Source: Candidatus Woesearchaeota archaeon
GTDB taxonomy: Archaea; Nanobdellota; Nanobdellia; Woesearchaeales; JABGXB01
Length of the DNA: 64,000 bases
NCBI GenBank assembly: GCA_018675975.1
Contig: JABGXB010000003.1
Coordinates: forward strand, 203,821 to 267,820
Direction of reading: 5' to 3'
This document shows, piece by piece, positions 9,351-19,740 of the stretch; positions within the stretch are counted from its first letter, which is position 1, and the number at the start of each line of letters is the position of its first letter. The notes beneath the pieces are model-generated. The model saw only the letters and a list, made by a program, of their open reading frames with translations. It did not search any database and had not been told where the DNA came from. Made by a program: the position numbers and the translations under genes.

Positions 9351-11501
9351 TTAATTATGATTTAAATTTGATATTACATTATATATTAATTCAATATCAT
9401 TAAAATTGTAAAAAACAAACTCTAAAATTCTAGTTCTTGTAAATGTATTCTTCATTTTATTAATATAATAATAAAATATCATTATTTTAAATGCAGTTTC
9501 AACTTTTGGATATATTATAACTTTTAATTTATTAATTTCCATTTCAGGTATGAATTTTTTAGCAAGTTTACCATTAAACCTAGAATTATTTGCCAAATTA
9601 TACAATTGAATTAAAAAATGTTTATTTAATTTAGATTTTTTAATATGAGAAACCAATGCCTCTTCTTTAAGATGTTTATATTTTTCAAAGAATAATTTTA
9701 ATTCCAAATAATATTTTTGTAATTCACTAACTTTAAGACCCGATTCAACATGATCACCTTTAGTAATTTTTAATATATGTTTTGGATCGATTTTATCTTT
9801 TTCTAATTCTTTTATTTCAACTGAATTAACTTTAATATTTGAAACTAAACTATTTATTAATTTATTAAATTTCTTAGTCAATAATTCAAAAAATGGTAAT
9901 TTTCTTTTTTCTACATTAATTCTTGAAATATTTTTTTTATTTGAATTTTGTATTTCTATATAATCCTCACCAGAAAATTTAATTTCTTTAATTTGTATTT
10001 TATTATTAATATTTTTTTGCACATTTTGTTTAAATTTACCAACATTTTTTTCAAACTCATCTCTTTTATTACTAAAAAATGTTTCTAATAATAAATATGC
10101 AAAAATTACAAAAATTAATATTATTAATAATCTAGAAAATGATTTAGTTGATATATCAAACTCCGCATTTTTTTCAATAATAATAGCTTCAGTTTTTTTC
10201 TCTAAATCATTATTCGCAAAAAATCCAATTTGATATTTTTTCTCTTCAGTATTTAATTTAGTTATTTGAAAAATCGAATCATTAGATACAATACATTCAT
10301 TAATTTTTATTACAGAATTGCATTCATTTTTACACTGATAAAAAGAACCTTTTTTTGGACAAAAATGCCCATCATTATTTATCTCTAAACCAAAATTAAA
10401 TTCATGATCTAATTCATAAGAATTAATAAATTTTAAAACAATTTCTTTAGTTTCATTTGAAGTAAAATTAAGTTTATCATAATATATATTAAAATCATCA
10501 GACAATAAAAACAATGAATATGAACCAGGTTTTAAAGTATATAACCAGAATTTAGAAATATTATCAAAATGATTTTCTTCTTGATTTTCATTATTAACAA
10601 GTTTTAATGAAAATGGAATTTGACTTGGTTTTGATTGCAATTTCAATATAATATTTGAATCTAATATTTCAATATTTGGATCTGTTTCATCAAGATCTAA
10701 ATTCTCACTTTGATTTTTAATATTACTTTTCGTTTCATAATAATATTCTAATTTAAATGAATCTAAATAATCATTTAATACATCACTTAAAACCAAACTA
10801 ATATTTAATTTTAAATTTTCAAATTCTTTTAAATTATTTTTATCAATTTTATTATCGATTAAATTAAAAACACTTGATTTTCTATTAGATTCAATTAATA
10901 TTTTTTGATCTAAATTATAACCATCATCATTAATTATTGAAAAATTTATTATAAGACCATTATCATTAATAATATTAAAATCATCTAAACTAGGTCTTTG
11001 TTTAAGAGAACACATATTATTAATACAAATTTCATTACAATCAGAATTTGAAGAACAATATTTACCAATATTACATTCTTGACAATTACCTCCACAATCT
11101 ATATCAGATTCATCATTATTTTTTATTTCATCATAACAGCTTTCTTCAATATAAAGATCATAATTAATATTATTTAATCCAGGTTGTGCAATATCAATAG
11201 AAGGTTTACTTACTTTTAATCCATTCACATACCAATAAAATTGTTCTCCTGGTATAAAATAATTGTTTGGAGTATTATCATCAAAATTTTTAAAATTAAT
11301 TTTAGCAAAATAATTTGAATTATTATTTGAAAAATTATAAATAACTATATCATTTAAATCACGAATTTCAATATCAGAATAATTCAATAAGGCTGAACCA
11401 ATAAATATATTTCCTGAAAAAGTTTCAGGATTTGGTGGAAGAGCATTAACACTAAATAAACTTAAAACAATTACTAATAACAAAATATTATATTTCACCA
11501 A
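9351..11501 (-). CDS. Large single-pass surface protein with Cys-rich DxDCGG module
   Basis: Signal peptide, SCYDEIKNNDESDIDCGGNC motif, internal TM, basic C-terminal domain; TTG/GTG start. Confidence 0.7.
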   Translation of the reverse strand: MVKYNILLLVIVLSLFSVNALPPNPETFSGNIFIGSALLNYSDIEIRDLNDIVIYNFSNNNSNYFAKINFKNFDDNTPNNYFIPGEQFYWYVNGLKVSKPSIDIAQPGLNNINYDLYIEESCYDEIKNNDESDIDCGGNCQECNIGKYCSSNSDCNEICINNMCSLKQRPSLDDFNIINDNGLIINFSIINDDGYNLDQKILIESNRKSSVFNLIDNKIDKNNLKEFENLKLNISLVLSDVLNDYLDSFKLEYYYETKSNIKNQSENLDLDETDPNIEILDSNIILKLQSKPSQIPFSLKLVNNENQEENHFDNISKFWLYTLKPGSYSLFLLSDDFNIYYDKLNFTSNETKEIVLKFINSYELDHEFNFGLEINNDGHFCPKKGSFYQCKNECNSVIKINECIVSNDSIFQITKLNTEEKKYQIGFFANNDLEKKTEAIIIEKNAEFDISTKSFSRLLIILIFVIFAYLLLETFFSNKRDEFEKNVGKFKQNVQKNINNKIQIKEIKFSGEDYIEIQNSNKKNISRINVEKRKLPFFELLTKKFNKLINSLVSNIKVNSVEIKELEKDKIDPKHILKITKGDHVESGLKVSELQKYYLELKLFFEKYKHLKEEALVSHIKKSKLNKHFLIQLYNLANNSRFNGKLAKKFIPEMEINKLKVIIYPKVETAFKIMIFYYYINKMKNTFTRTRILEFVFYNFNDIELIYNVISNLNHN

Positions 11502-11566
11502 AATACCCTTTTAATAGTTTAATTTATCGAGGATGAATTTATAAATATATCTTTTTAATACTAATT

Positions 11567-12577
11567 ATGAAAATAGGTTTTTTAATTTCAAAAAGAAATG
11601 TTAGTATGTCAGAATTTGAATTGTTTAATTTGCTCAATTATTTTAAATTAAATTATAAATTAATTAAAAAAATAAGAAATTTTTATATTTTTGAAATTGA
11701 AAATATTGAGAATAAAAATAATTTAATTAAAAAAAAATTAAAAAAAATTATTGAATTATCTGGTTTTATTAAAAAAATTGACTTAATATATGAATATTTT
11801 TCTAGTATTAAAAAAATTAAAACATTTGATTGGAATAATATAATAAAAAAAGAATATAAAATTAAAGCAATTAATATTAATAGAAAAAAAAAATCAACCA
11901 ATACTGAAAATAATCCTAAAATAATTAAATCTGCCATTGATTCAATATGGTATACATTAAATAATCCGAAAGTTAATATGAAATCAGATTTTACAATAAA
12001 TCTATATTATGATTACAAATATTATATATTTACAAATAATTTATATGAAAACTCAATTATAGAAAGTAAAATCAATAGCCCTCATTCAATTAAAGATTAT
12101 TTAACAAAATTTATGATTACTAGTAGTTTAAATGACATAAATAATAATCCTATTGATGTAAAAATAATGGATCCTTTTTGCGGTACAGGAAAAATAGTTT
12201 ATTTTTCAAAAAAATTAGGATTTAATGCAAAAGGATATGATATTGATAAAAAAATAATAAATACATCTAAAGAATTATATGGCAATCTTAATATTGAAAA
12301 TAAAAATTCATTTGAATTAAAAAAATTAAATAAATGTATTATTACAGATCCACCTTATTTTAAAAATACTAAAGGTGATATAAAAAATTATAAACAATTT
12401 TATTTTGATTTTTTAAAATTATTAAATAAAGATGAAGTGGAATCAATAGTATTTATTTTAATAAAAAACTTTAAATTAGATTTTAAATTATTAAATAAAT
12501 TTAAATTAGTAAAAAAAATTGAAATATTTATACATAAAAGCATGATAAGAGTTTTATATATTTTTAAAAAGAAATAA
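11567..12577 (+). CDS. THUMP-type tRNA methyltransferase (Trm11/TrmG10-like)
   Basis: MDPFCGTG, GYDID, ITDPPY, terminal IHKSMIR motif. Confidence 0.75.
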   Translation: MKIGFLISKRNVSMSEFELFNLLNYFKLNYKLIKKIRNFYIFEIENIENKNNLIKKKLKKIIELSGFIKKIDLIYEYFSSIKKIKTFDWNNIIKKEYKIKAININRKKKSTNTENNPKIIKSAIDSIWYTLNNPKVNMKSDFTINLYYDYKYYIFTNNLYENSIIESKINSPHSIKDYLTKFMITSSLNDINNNPIDVKIMDPFCGTGKIVYFSKKLGFNAKGYDIDKKIINTSKELYGNLNIENKNSFELKKLNKCIITDPPYFKNTKGDIKNYKQFYFDFLKLLNKDEVESIVFILIKNFKLDFKLLNKFKLVKKIEIFIHKSMIRVLYIFKKK

Positions 12578-12581
12578 TAAA

Positions 12582-13124
12582 TTAAAATTTATTTTTTTGT
12601 AATCCAATTAAATAACTAAAATAATTAAATAAATAATGGAATATAGGTATTATTATTAAAATTAAAATAATATGATTTATTGTCAAATTTGTAAATGAAT
12701 AAGTCAATACTAATAATCCAATCACCCAATCTGTTTGATCAAAAAAATGTAATGGTTTTCCTGGTTTTATATTTAATCTTCTTTTAAAAAATGATTCAAT
12801 TGCATCACCTAAAATAACTCCTAAACCACCTACAATACCATAAAATAATGGGCTGTATAAATTAAAATCAAATAATAAATAATCACTTAATTTAGTTTTA
12901 AAGTTAAATAATATATACATACAAATTATACCAAATACAATCCCAAAAAAAGCACCACGAAAGGTTTTATTATTTCCAAAAATTCTTTTATTATTTAATT
13001 TAATATTAAAATCCAAAGGATATTCCAAAAATTTAAATTTAAATAATCTAGATAAACTTGCAAAAATATTTACAAAAGCAAAAGGAAGAATAAAAATAAA
13101 TATTTCAATTAAAATTTTATTCAT
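12582..13124 (-). CDS. carS: CDP-archaeol synthase (CarS/DUF46)
   Basis: PLDF..RIFGNNKTFRG, GDAIESFFKRR, FFDQTD motifs; multiple TMs. Confidence 0.88.
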   Translation of the reverse strand: MNKILIEIFIFILPFAFVNIFASLSRLFKFKFLEYPLDFNIKLNNKRIFGNNKTFRGAFFGIVFGIICMYILFNFKTKLSDYLLFDFNLYSPLFYGIVGGLGVILGDAIESFFKRRLNIKPGKPLHFFDQTDWVIGLLVLTYSFTNLTINHIILILIIIPIFHYLFNYFSYLIGLQKNKF

Positions 13125-13132
13125 TTTGTATT

Positions 13133-13786
13133 TTATGGTTTTTTAATTTTTATTGGTGAAATCATCAATATTCCAAAAATTACTAAAATAGGTGTCCACA
13201 ATAATGCATTTAATTTAAAATAAAATATAATTACAATTAAAAATGCTGAAAGTGTCGTTGGTAAACCTATATAATATCCTTCAAATTCATTAACATTAAA
13301 TTTAGCAAGTCTCATCACACCACACGCTATATATAATAAACCAGCCCCAATTAATAATGAATTATGAATACCTAACATCAAATAAGAATACATTAAAATA
13401 AGTGTTACTGGAGCAATTACAAATGAAATTAAATCTGATAAACTATCTAATTCTTTTCCAAGCAAAGACTCCTTTGAAAAATATCTTGCAGTTCTCCCAT
13501 CAACAATATCTAAAGCAATTGAAAATAAAATAAAAACTATTGCATATTCTAAATATAATAATTTACTAGTTATTGCAGTTTGAAATGCCATAAAAATTGC
13601 ACCAAATCCTGAAAGTCCACTTATTATTGTAATTAAATCTATTAATTTAAATTTATTTGAACAAATTAATTTATCAGTTTTATTTATTATTTTAAAATTT
13701 TCTGATTTTTTTTGAATTTTGTTCTTTACATTACCTTTAACTTTAAATTTTTTCTTTTTTGAACTACCTAAATGAACAGTTGCCAT
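13133..13786 (-). CDS. pssA: CDP-alcohol phosphatidyltransferase (archaetidylserine/phosphatidylserine synthase-like)
   Basis: DIVDGRTAR...LGKELDSLSDLISF, RLAKFN, YIGLP. Confidence 0.85.
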   Translation of the reverse strand: MATVHLGSSKKKKFKVKGNVKNKIQKKSENFKIINKTDKLICSNKFKLIDLITIISGLSGFGAIFMAFQTAITSKLLYLEYAIVFILFSIALDIVDGRTARYFSKESLLGKELDSLSDLISFVIAPVTLILMYSYLMLGIHNSLLIGAGLLYIACGVMRLAKFNVNEFEGYYIGLPTTLSAFLIVIIFYFKLNALLWTPILVIFGILMISPIKIKKP

Positions 13787-13944
13787 AATTAAAAATAAAT
13801 TTTATGATATATAAATTATTATGATTATATTTTTAATTATATGATCTATAAAATAGATTATTATGTAATAATTAAAAATAAAAAATATTAATTCATTGAG
13901 CATATGTTTATAAATGAGACAAAAATCTTTCAAATATTAAGTTT

Positions 13945-14019
13945 GGGGCTATAGTGTAGCTTGGTCCATCATGTGTGGTTTGGGACCATACGACCCCGGT
14001 TCAAATCCGGGTAGCCCCA
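13945..14019 (+). tRNA. tRNA-Pro(TGG)
   Basis: GGGGCTA/TAGCCCC acceptor, TGTGG-TT TGG GA-CCATA anticodon arm, GGTTCAAATCC T-arm. Confidence 0.96.
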
Positions 14020-14062
14020 TATTAATCTAAAACTTTTTAAAGAGTAGGATAATTGGTAAAAT

Positions 14063-14281
14063 ATGGCAAAAAAAAAAACTGGAATTTCAAAAACCTATGG
14101 AGGAAGATATGGTAAAACTAATCTTGCTAAAATTGATTTATTAGCTAAAAAAAGAAAAGAAAGTTCAAAATGTCCAAGTTGTTTATCAGACACTGTAAAA
14201 AGAGAAGCTCTAGGTATTTGGGTTTGTAAAAAATGCAATACAAAATTTGCGTCTAGAGCATTTGAAACATCAATAAATTAA
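14063..14281 (+). CDS. rpl37ae: 50S ribosomal protein L37Ae (eL43)
   Basis: YGGRYG, CPSC...VKREALGIWVCKKC. Confidence 0.93.
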   Translation: MAKKKTGISKTYGGRYGKTNLAKIDLLAKKRKESSKCPSCLSDTVKREALGIWVCKKCNTKFASRAFETSIN

Positions 14282-14282
14282 A

Positions 14283-14420
14283 ATGGCTATATATATTTGT
14301 ATGAATTGTAAAAAGGAGACGGATTCTTCTTTAATGAAAAGAAAAATGAGTTGTAAATATTGTGCTCACAAAATCTTAGGTAAAAAAAGAACTATTGTTT
14401 CAAAATTGAAAGCGAGATGA
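14283..14420 (+). CDS. rpoP: DNA-directed RNA polymerase subunit P (Rpo12)
   Basis: Manual translation MAIYICMNCKKETDSSLMKRKMSCKYCAHKILGKKRTIVSKLKAR; zinc ribbon; canonical position between rpl37ae and pcc1; below ORF-track cutoff. Confidence 0.9.
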   Translation: MAIYICMNCKKETDSSLMKRKMSCKYCAHKILGKKRTIVSKLKAR

Positions 14421-14653
14421 AGTATAAAGTTAATTTAATAATACCTTTTGCAATAAAAAATATTATTGAGCCCGAGATATTAGATTATAAAAAAAACTTC
14501 AAAAGGGTTGAAGTTAATTTTTTGAAAGAAGATCCATTAGAAATTGAAATTAAAGCTTCAGATTCAGTAAGTTTAAGAGCAGTTTTGAATACAATATCAA
14601 AATTATGCACAATATATGAAAAAAGTTTAGATTTGGTAAATAAAAATGAATGA
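14417..14653 (+). CDS. pcc1: KEOPS complex subunit Pcc1
   Basis: IEIKASDSVSLRAVLNT motif and conserved synteny. Confidence 0.8.
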   Translation: MKYKVNLIIPFAIKNIIEPEILDYKKNFKRVEVNFLKEDPLEIEIKASDSVSLRAVLNTISKLCTIYEKSLDLVNKNE

Positions 14654-14978
14654 ACAATTACAAAAAGAAATTTCAAAATTACAGTTTTTAGAACAAAATT
14701 ATAATCAATTAATGTTGAGAAAACAAAATTTAAATATAAAATTAAATGAAATTAGTAATGCAAAGAATCAATTAGGAACTTCTGATGAATCATATACAGT
14801 AATTGGAAATATTATGATAAAAAAATCTAAAGAAGAATTAATTAGTGAATTAGAAAATAAAGAAAAAACATTTTCAAGTCAAGTTGAAACTATTTCAAAA
14901 CAAGAAAAAGATCTGTTTGAAAAAAAAGGTCAAATGCAAAAAGAATTATTCGAGAGAATAAAAGAAGAAAATAAATAA
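14646..14978 (+). CDS. pfdB: Prefoldin beta subunit
   Basis: Coiled coil - YTVIGNIMIK hairpin - coiled coil; synteny. Confidence 0.9.
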   Translation: MNEQLQKEISKLQFLEQNYNQLMLRKQNLNIKLNEISNAKNQLGTSDESYTVIGNIMIKKSKEELISELENKEKTFSSQVETISKQEKDLFEKKGQMQKELFERIKEENK

Positions 14979-14979
14979 A

Positions 14980-15225
14980 ATGAGTTCAGAATTTCAACCA
15001 CTTATAGATCATATTAATTCAATCATAGTAGAAAAAACTACATCAAAAGGAGTTCGTGAAAAATTAAAAGTTGTTTTAGAAATTCTAAAAGACGAAACTG
15101 AATCAGATGTAGCAATAAATAAATCACTTGCAATATTAGAAGAATTTGAATCTGATCCAAATATAGATTCATATACGAGAACTCAAATATATAGTATAGT
15201 ATCTGTTCTTGGTCAATTCGAATAA
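14980..15225 (+). CDS. UPF0147 family protein
   Basis: DPNIDSYTRTQIYSIVS motif. Confidence 0.8.
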   Translation: MSSEFQPLIDHINSIIVEKTTSKGVREKLKVVLEILKDETESDVAINKSLAILEEFESDPNIDSYTRTQIYSIVSVLGQFE

Positions 15226-15509
15226 AATTCAAAATTCTCACAATTATTTAATGCCATTAAAGTAATATTTTTATTTAAATAAAATCCATTTATTTTTTCA
15301 TTAAGTTTTAATTTAATATTAGTATTTAATGTAATATAATAATTATCAACTTTAATTAACGTTCCAAATAAAATTAATTTGCCTTTTTCAACTTTATTTA
15401 TTTCAATTTCATTAAAAAACAAAAAAACTATTAAAAATATTATTCCAATTATAAAAACAAATTTTGATATTAAAATTAAATGATTTTCATTCATAATATC
15501 ATTAAACAA
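15213..15509 (-). CDS. Small hypothetical membrane protein
   Basis: One TM followed by beta-rich stretch; start uncertain. Confidence 0.5.
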   Translation of the reverse strand: MFNDIMNENHLILISKFVFIIGIIFLIVFLFFNEIEINKVEKGKLILFGTLIKVDNYYITLNTNIKLKLNEKINGFYLNKNITLMALNNCENFEFYSN

Positions 15510-15617
15510 TTTATTTTTATTAAAAAGAATAAAATAATATTGAATATATTTTAATTAAATCGAAATATTTTCATTATTATTAAATAATTTTTTAAAGCAC
15601 AAACTAATAAAAATAAT

Positions 15618-16715
15618 ATGGGTTTATTTAGTCATTTATTTGGATTTGATAATAATAAAAGTGCATATAGATTAGCATTAAACCATCTTAATTCTGAAAT
15701 TCAATATATAAAACATAGTTTAGAAAATTATATAGAAAAATATCCCGAAAAACTAAAATTAATTAATAATAAACAATGGAATTTATTAATTAAATTTATT
15801 GATGACGAAATTAATAATTTTGGAAGAAATCAAAAAAATATATTAAGTGCCATTAATAAATCTAGAAAAGATTTGTTTTCTCAAAGTCATCTAGATTATA
15901 TTGAAGAAGAATATGGTCAAAAAGAAAAAGAAGAATTAGAAAAATTATTATTATCATTAAAAAAATTACACATTAATTTAATTTCTCAATTAGATTGGTT
16001 AAATACAAATAATCAAAAAAAATTATCAGATAAGGAAATATTAAAAATAAAACTTTTAGTTAAAGAAGAAGGAAATTTAATTTATAATTTGTCACATACA
16101 CAATGTGAAACCTTATTAAAAAACACAAATGAAATTTTATTATTAGAAGAATTGAAACAAAAATTAGAACACATATCGTCTTTACTTCCAGAAGAGCGAG
16201 CTAATGCATACAAAGAATTTTTAAAATCTAAAAATAAAGAATCCATTCAATTTATCATTTCCAATAGAAAAGAAATATCACAAAAAAGAAAAATAATATT
16301 AAACAAAATTGAAGAAGCCTTAATTAGTTTTCAAAAAAAATATTCCTTTGTAAAAGGATTAATTTTATTTGGAAGTTTTACAAGGGGAAAGGCTAGTCCA
16401 AATGATATTGATTTTTTTCTTGTAATAGACTATAAACAAGGAAATTTCCATTATAAAATAGAAGAAAATAAAAAAACTTTGAATAATTTATCAATAGAAA
16501 TGGCAGAATGTATTACTAAATATACAAATATTCCATCTGAAACTAATAAATATACAAATCCACCTTTAAACCCAGTTGATTGTAGTAATGAAAAAGTATT
16601 ATTTAAAACAATTCAAAATCATATTAAAAATATTTATTGGCATTTTATTGGTGATGAATCTATAAAATATAAAATAAAGGGCATTCTTAAACAATTAAAA
16701 GAAAAAATTGAATAA
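15618..16715 (+). CDS. Helical N-terminal region fused to Pol-beta-type nucleotidyltransferase domain
   Basis: LILFGSFTRG...DIDFFLV motif in C-terminal third. Confidence 0.7.
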   Translation: MGLFSHLFGFDNNKSAYRLALNHLNSEIQYIKHSLENYIEKYPEKLKLINNKQWNLLIKFIDDEINNFGRNQKNILSAINKSRKDLFSQSHLDYIEEEYGQKEKEELEKLLLSLKKLHINLISQLDWLNTNNQKKLSDKEILKIKLLVKEEGNLIYNLSHTQCETLLKNTNEILLLEELKQKLEHISSLLPEERANAYKEFLKSKNKESIQFIISNRKEISQKRKIILNKIEEALISFQKKYSFVKGLILFGSFTRGKASPNDIDFFLVIDYKQGNFHYKIEENKKTLNNLSIEMAECITKYTNIPSETNKYTNPPLNPVDCSNEKVLFKTIQNHIKNIYWHFIGDESIKYKIKGILKQLKEKIE

Positions 16716-16766
16716 AAAACACTTATTTTTGAAAAAAATTATAAAACAAATTAAATTTTTAATCTT

Positions 16767-17918
16767 ATGGCAATAGTTGTAAAAGGTAAAAAAAAGAAAG
16801 AAGAAGGAGAAAAATCAGTAAAAGAAAAACTTTCTTCAGAGGATGAAATTAAAGAATTAGAGACTAAAATATCTAAAACTAAATATAATAAAAAAACTCA
16901 ATTTGCAATTGGCCAAATGAAAGCTAAACTTGCAAAACTTAAAGAAAAACAAGCGTCTAGAAGTAGTGGGAAAGGAGGACATGGCTTTTCTGTTAAAAAA
17001 AGTGGAGATGGAACTGTTGCACTATTAGGTTTTCCTTCAGTGGGTAAATCTACATTAATGAATAAATTAACTGGATCAAAAAGTTCTACAGGATCATATG
17101 CATTTACTACATTAGATGTAATTCCATCATTATTAAAACATAGGGGTGCACAAATTCAAATTTTAGACATTCCTGGAATTGTAAAAGGTGCAGCTAGCGG
17201 TTCAGGAAGAGGTCGAGAAGTTTTAGCGGCACTTAGAAGCGCAGATTTAATATTAATTTTATTAGATGTATTACATCTAAATCATTTAAAAGTTCTTAAA
17301 AAAGAAATATTTGAAGCAGGTATTCGTGAAAATAAAATAAAACCTGATGTAAAATTAATGAAAAAAGATAAAGGTGGAGTTAATATTGCTACCACAGTAA
17401 AATTAACAAAAATTAATAATGATACAATAAAAATAATATTAAAAGAATTTGGTTATGTTAATGCAGATATAGTCATTCGAGATAATATTGATTCGGATGA
17501 TTTAATTGATGTTATTAATGGAAATAGAGTATATACAAAATCAATGATTGTAATAAATAAAGCAGATTTAATTGATGTGAAAAAATTAAATAATTTAAAA
17601 AAAGAAATTAATGCATCAATCGCAGTTAGTGCTGAAACAGGATATCATATAGATAAATTAAAAGATCATTTATTTGATAAATTAGAATTCATAAAAATTT
17701 ATTGTAAAGAAAAAGGCAAAGAAGCAGACATGAGTGAGCCATTAATTTTACTTAAAGGCTCTACAGTAAAAGAAATGTGTATCAAATTACACAAAGATTT
17801 TCTAAAAAAATTTAGATTTGCAAAAATATGGGGACCAAGCTCTAAATTTCCAGGCCAAACAAAAATGTTAGAACATAAATTAATGGATAATGATATTGTA
17901 GAAATTTCAACTAATTAG
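16767..17918 (+). CDS. DRG-family OBG GTPase with TGS domain
   Basis: GFPSVGKST, YAFTTL, DIPGI, NKAD, C-terminal TGS. Confidence 0.93.
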   Translation: MAIVVKGKKKKEEGEKSVKEKLSSEDEIKELETKISKTKYNKKTQFAIGQMKAKLAKLKEKQASRSSGKGGHGFSVKKSGDGTVALLGFPSVGKSTLMNKLTGSKSSTGSYAFTTLDVIPSLLKHRGAQIQILDIPGIVKGAASGSGRGREVLAALRSADLILILLDVLHLNHLKVLKKEIFEAGIRENKIKPDVKLMKKDKGGVNIATTVKLTKINNDTIKIILKEFGYVNADIVIRDNIDSDDLIDVINGNRVYTKSMIVINKADLIDVKKLNNLKKEINASIAVSAETGYHIDKLKDHLFDKLEFIKIYCKEKGKEADMSEPLILLKGSTVKEMCIKLHKDFLKKFRFAKIWGPSSKFPGQTKMLEHKLMDNDIVEISTN

Positions 17919-18038
17919 AACTCCGAAATACATATTAAACAATATGTAAAAAAGATCCAAAAATTAAAAAAATAATATTTATTATTTTCTTATTTTTCTC
18001 GTTATATTTATAAAAGAACATAAATTCTCAATAATATA

Positions 18039-18467
18039 ATGGTAGAATTAAAAATAGTAATAGCTGACCAGAAGGAAGGTCGGTCATATCAAAAAGTAAT
18101 TACTGAAGACGATTCTAAGAATCTATATGGTAAAAAAATAAAAGATACTTTTAATGGAGAAATGATTGACTTACCTGGCTATGAATTAAAAATTACTGGT
18201 GGAAGTGACATTAGTGGATTTCCTATGAGATGGGATATCGATATGAGCGGAAAACGAAAAATTTTAGCAGTTTCAGGAGTTGGTTTAAAACTAACAAGAA
18301 AAGGTATGAAAAAAAGAAAAACTGTTTCAGGAAATACAATTTATGATAAAATTTCACAAATTAATGTAATTCCAGTTAAATTTGGAGATAAAAGTTTAAA
18401 AGATATTTTTGGTGCTAAAGAAGAAGCAACAGAAGCTAAATCTGAAACTCCAGAGAAAACAGAATAG
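18039..18467 (+). CDS. rps6e: 30S ribosomal protein S6e
   Basis: GYELKITGGSDISGFPMR, RKTVSGN. Confidence 0.95.
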   Translation: MVELKIVIADQKEGRSYQKVITEDDSKNLYGKKIKDTFNGEMIDLPGYELKITGGSDISGFPMRWDIDMSGKRKILAVSGVGLKLTRKGMKKRKTVSGNTIYDKISQINVIPVKFGDKSLKDIFGAKEEATEAKSETPEKTE

Positions 18468-18479
18468 AGGTTTTTTAAT

Positions 18480-19718
18480 TTGTCAGAAGAATATGAATTT
18501 TTAAAACCTAAAGAAGATGGACAACCATCAATCAATATTGGTTTTGTTGGTCATGTAGATCATGGTAAAACAACATTAACTAAAGCACTTTCTGGAAAAT
18601 GGACTGATGAACATAGTGAAGAAATTAAAAGAGGAATTACAATCAGATTAGGATATGCAGATTGTATTTTTTATAAAAATAAACAAGACAAATATACTAT
18701 ACAAAAAAAAGACGAAAAAGGAAATAAAAATACATTCGTCAGAAAAATATCATTAGTAGATTCACCAGGACACGAAACTTTAATGGCTACAATGCTTAGT
18801 GGATCAACTATAATAGATGGTGCATTATTATTAGTTTCAGCAAATGAAGTATGTCCACAACCACAAACAAAAGAACATATTCAAGCATTAGAAATATTAG
18901 GAATTAAAAATATAATTATTGTACAAAATAAAATAGATACAGTTCCAGAAAAAATAGTTAAAAAAAATTATGAACAAATAAAAGAATTTTTATCAAATAC
19001 TAGTTTTAAAAACTCACCAATAATTCCAATTTCAGCCTTACATGATGTAAATATTGATGTACTTATTCAAGTAATAGAAGAAGTAATTACAACACCAAAA
19101 AGAAAAATAAATTCACAACCAAAAATGTTTGTTGCAAGATCATTTGATGTAAATAAACCAGGTTCTAGTCCAGACAAAATGATTGGTGGTGTTTTAGGTG
19201 GTGCATTAATTGAAGGTATATTAAAAGTAGGAGATAATATTGAAATTGCACCAGGACGAAAAATTGAAAGTCATGGAAAAGTTACATATGAACCAATTGA
19301 AACTACAATAACTGGAATAAAAACGGGTGGGAAATCAGTAGAAACTGTTTATCCAGGAGGATCAATTGCATTACTTACAAATTTAGATCCATCTATAATT
19401 AAATCAGATCAAATTGGAGGAGCAACAATTGGACATAAAGATAAATTACCTCCAACACTTTATGAATTAAATATTGATGCAAATTTATTAAAACAAACTA
19501 TAGATAATTTAAATATAGGACCACTTGCAATGCGAGAACCATTATTATTAAATGTTAATAGTTCAAAAACAGTTTGTACAGTAAATAAAGTTAAAAAAAA
19601 TAAAGCAAACTTAATATTAAAAATTCCTGTATGTGCAAATGAAGGAGATTTAGTTACTATTTCTAGAAGATTTGGAACTCGTTGGAGATTAATAGGTTCT
19701 GCAACAATAGAAAAATAA
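18480..19718 (+). CDS. eif2g: Translation initiation factor aIF-2 gamma
   Basis: GHVDHGKTT, RGITIRLGYA, DSPGH, QNKID, RWRLIG; TTG start after GAGG. Confidence 0.96.
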   Translation: MSEEYEFLKPKEDGQPSINIGFVGHVDHGKTTLTKALSGKWTDEHSEEIKRGITIRLGYADCIFYKNKQDKYTIQKKDEKGNKNTFVRKISLVDSPGHETLMATMLSGSTIIDGALLLVSANEVCPQPQTKEHIQALEILGIKNIIIVQNKIDTVPEKIVKKNYEQIKEFLSNTSFKNSPIIPISALHDVNIDVLIQVIEEVITTPKRKINSQPKMFVARSFDVNKPGSSPDKMIGGVLGGALIEGILKVGDNIEIAPGRKIESHGKVTYEPIETTITGIKTGGKSVETVYPGGSIALLTNLDPSIIKSDQIGGATIGHKDKLPPTLYELNIDANLLKQTIDNLNIGPLAMREPLLLNVNSSKTVCTVNKVKKNKANLILKIPVCANEGDLVTISRRFGTRWRLIGSATIEK

Positions 19719-19740
19719 ATTTAATATAATAAAAAAAAAA

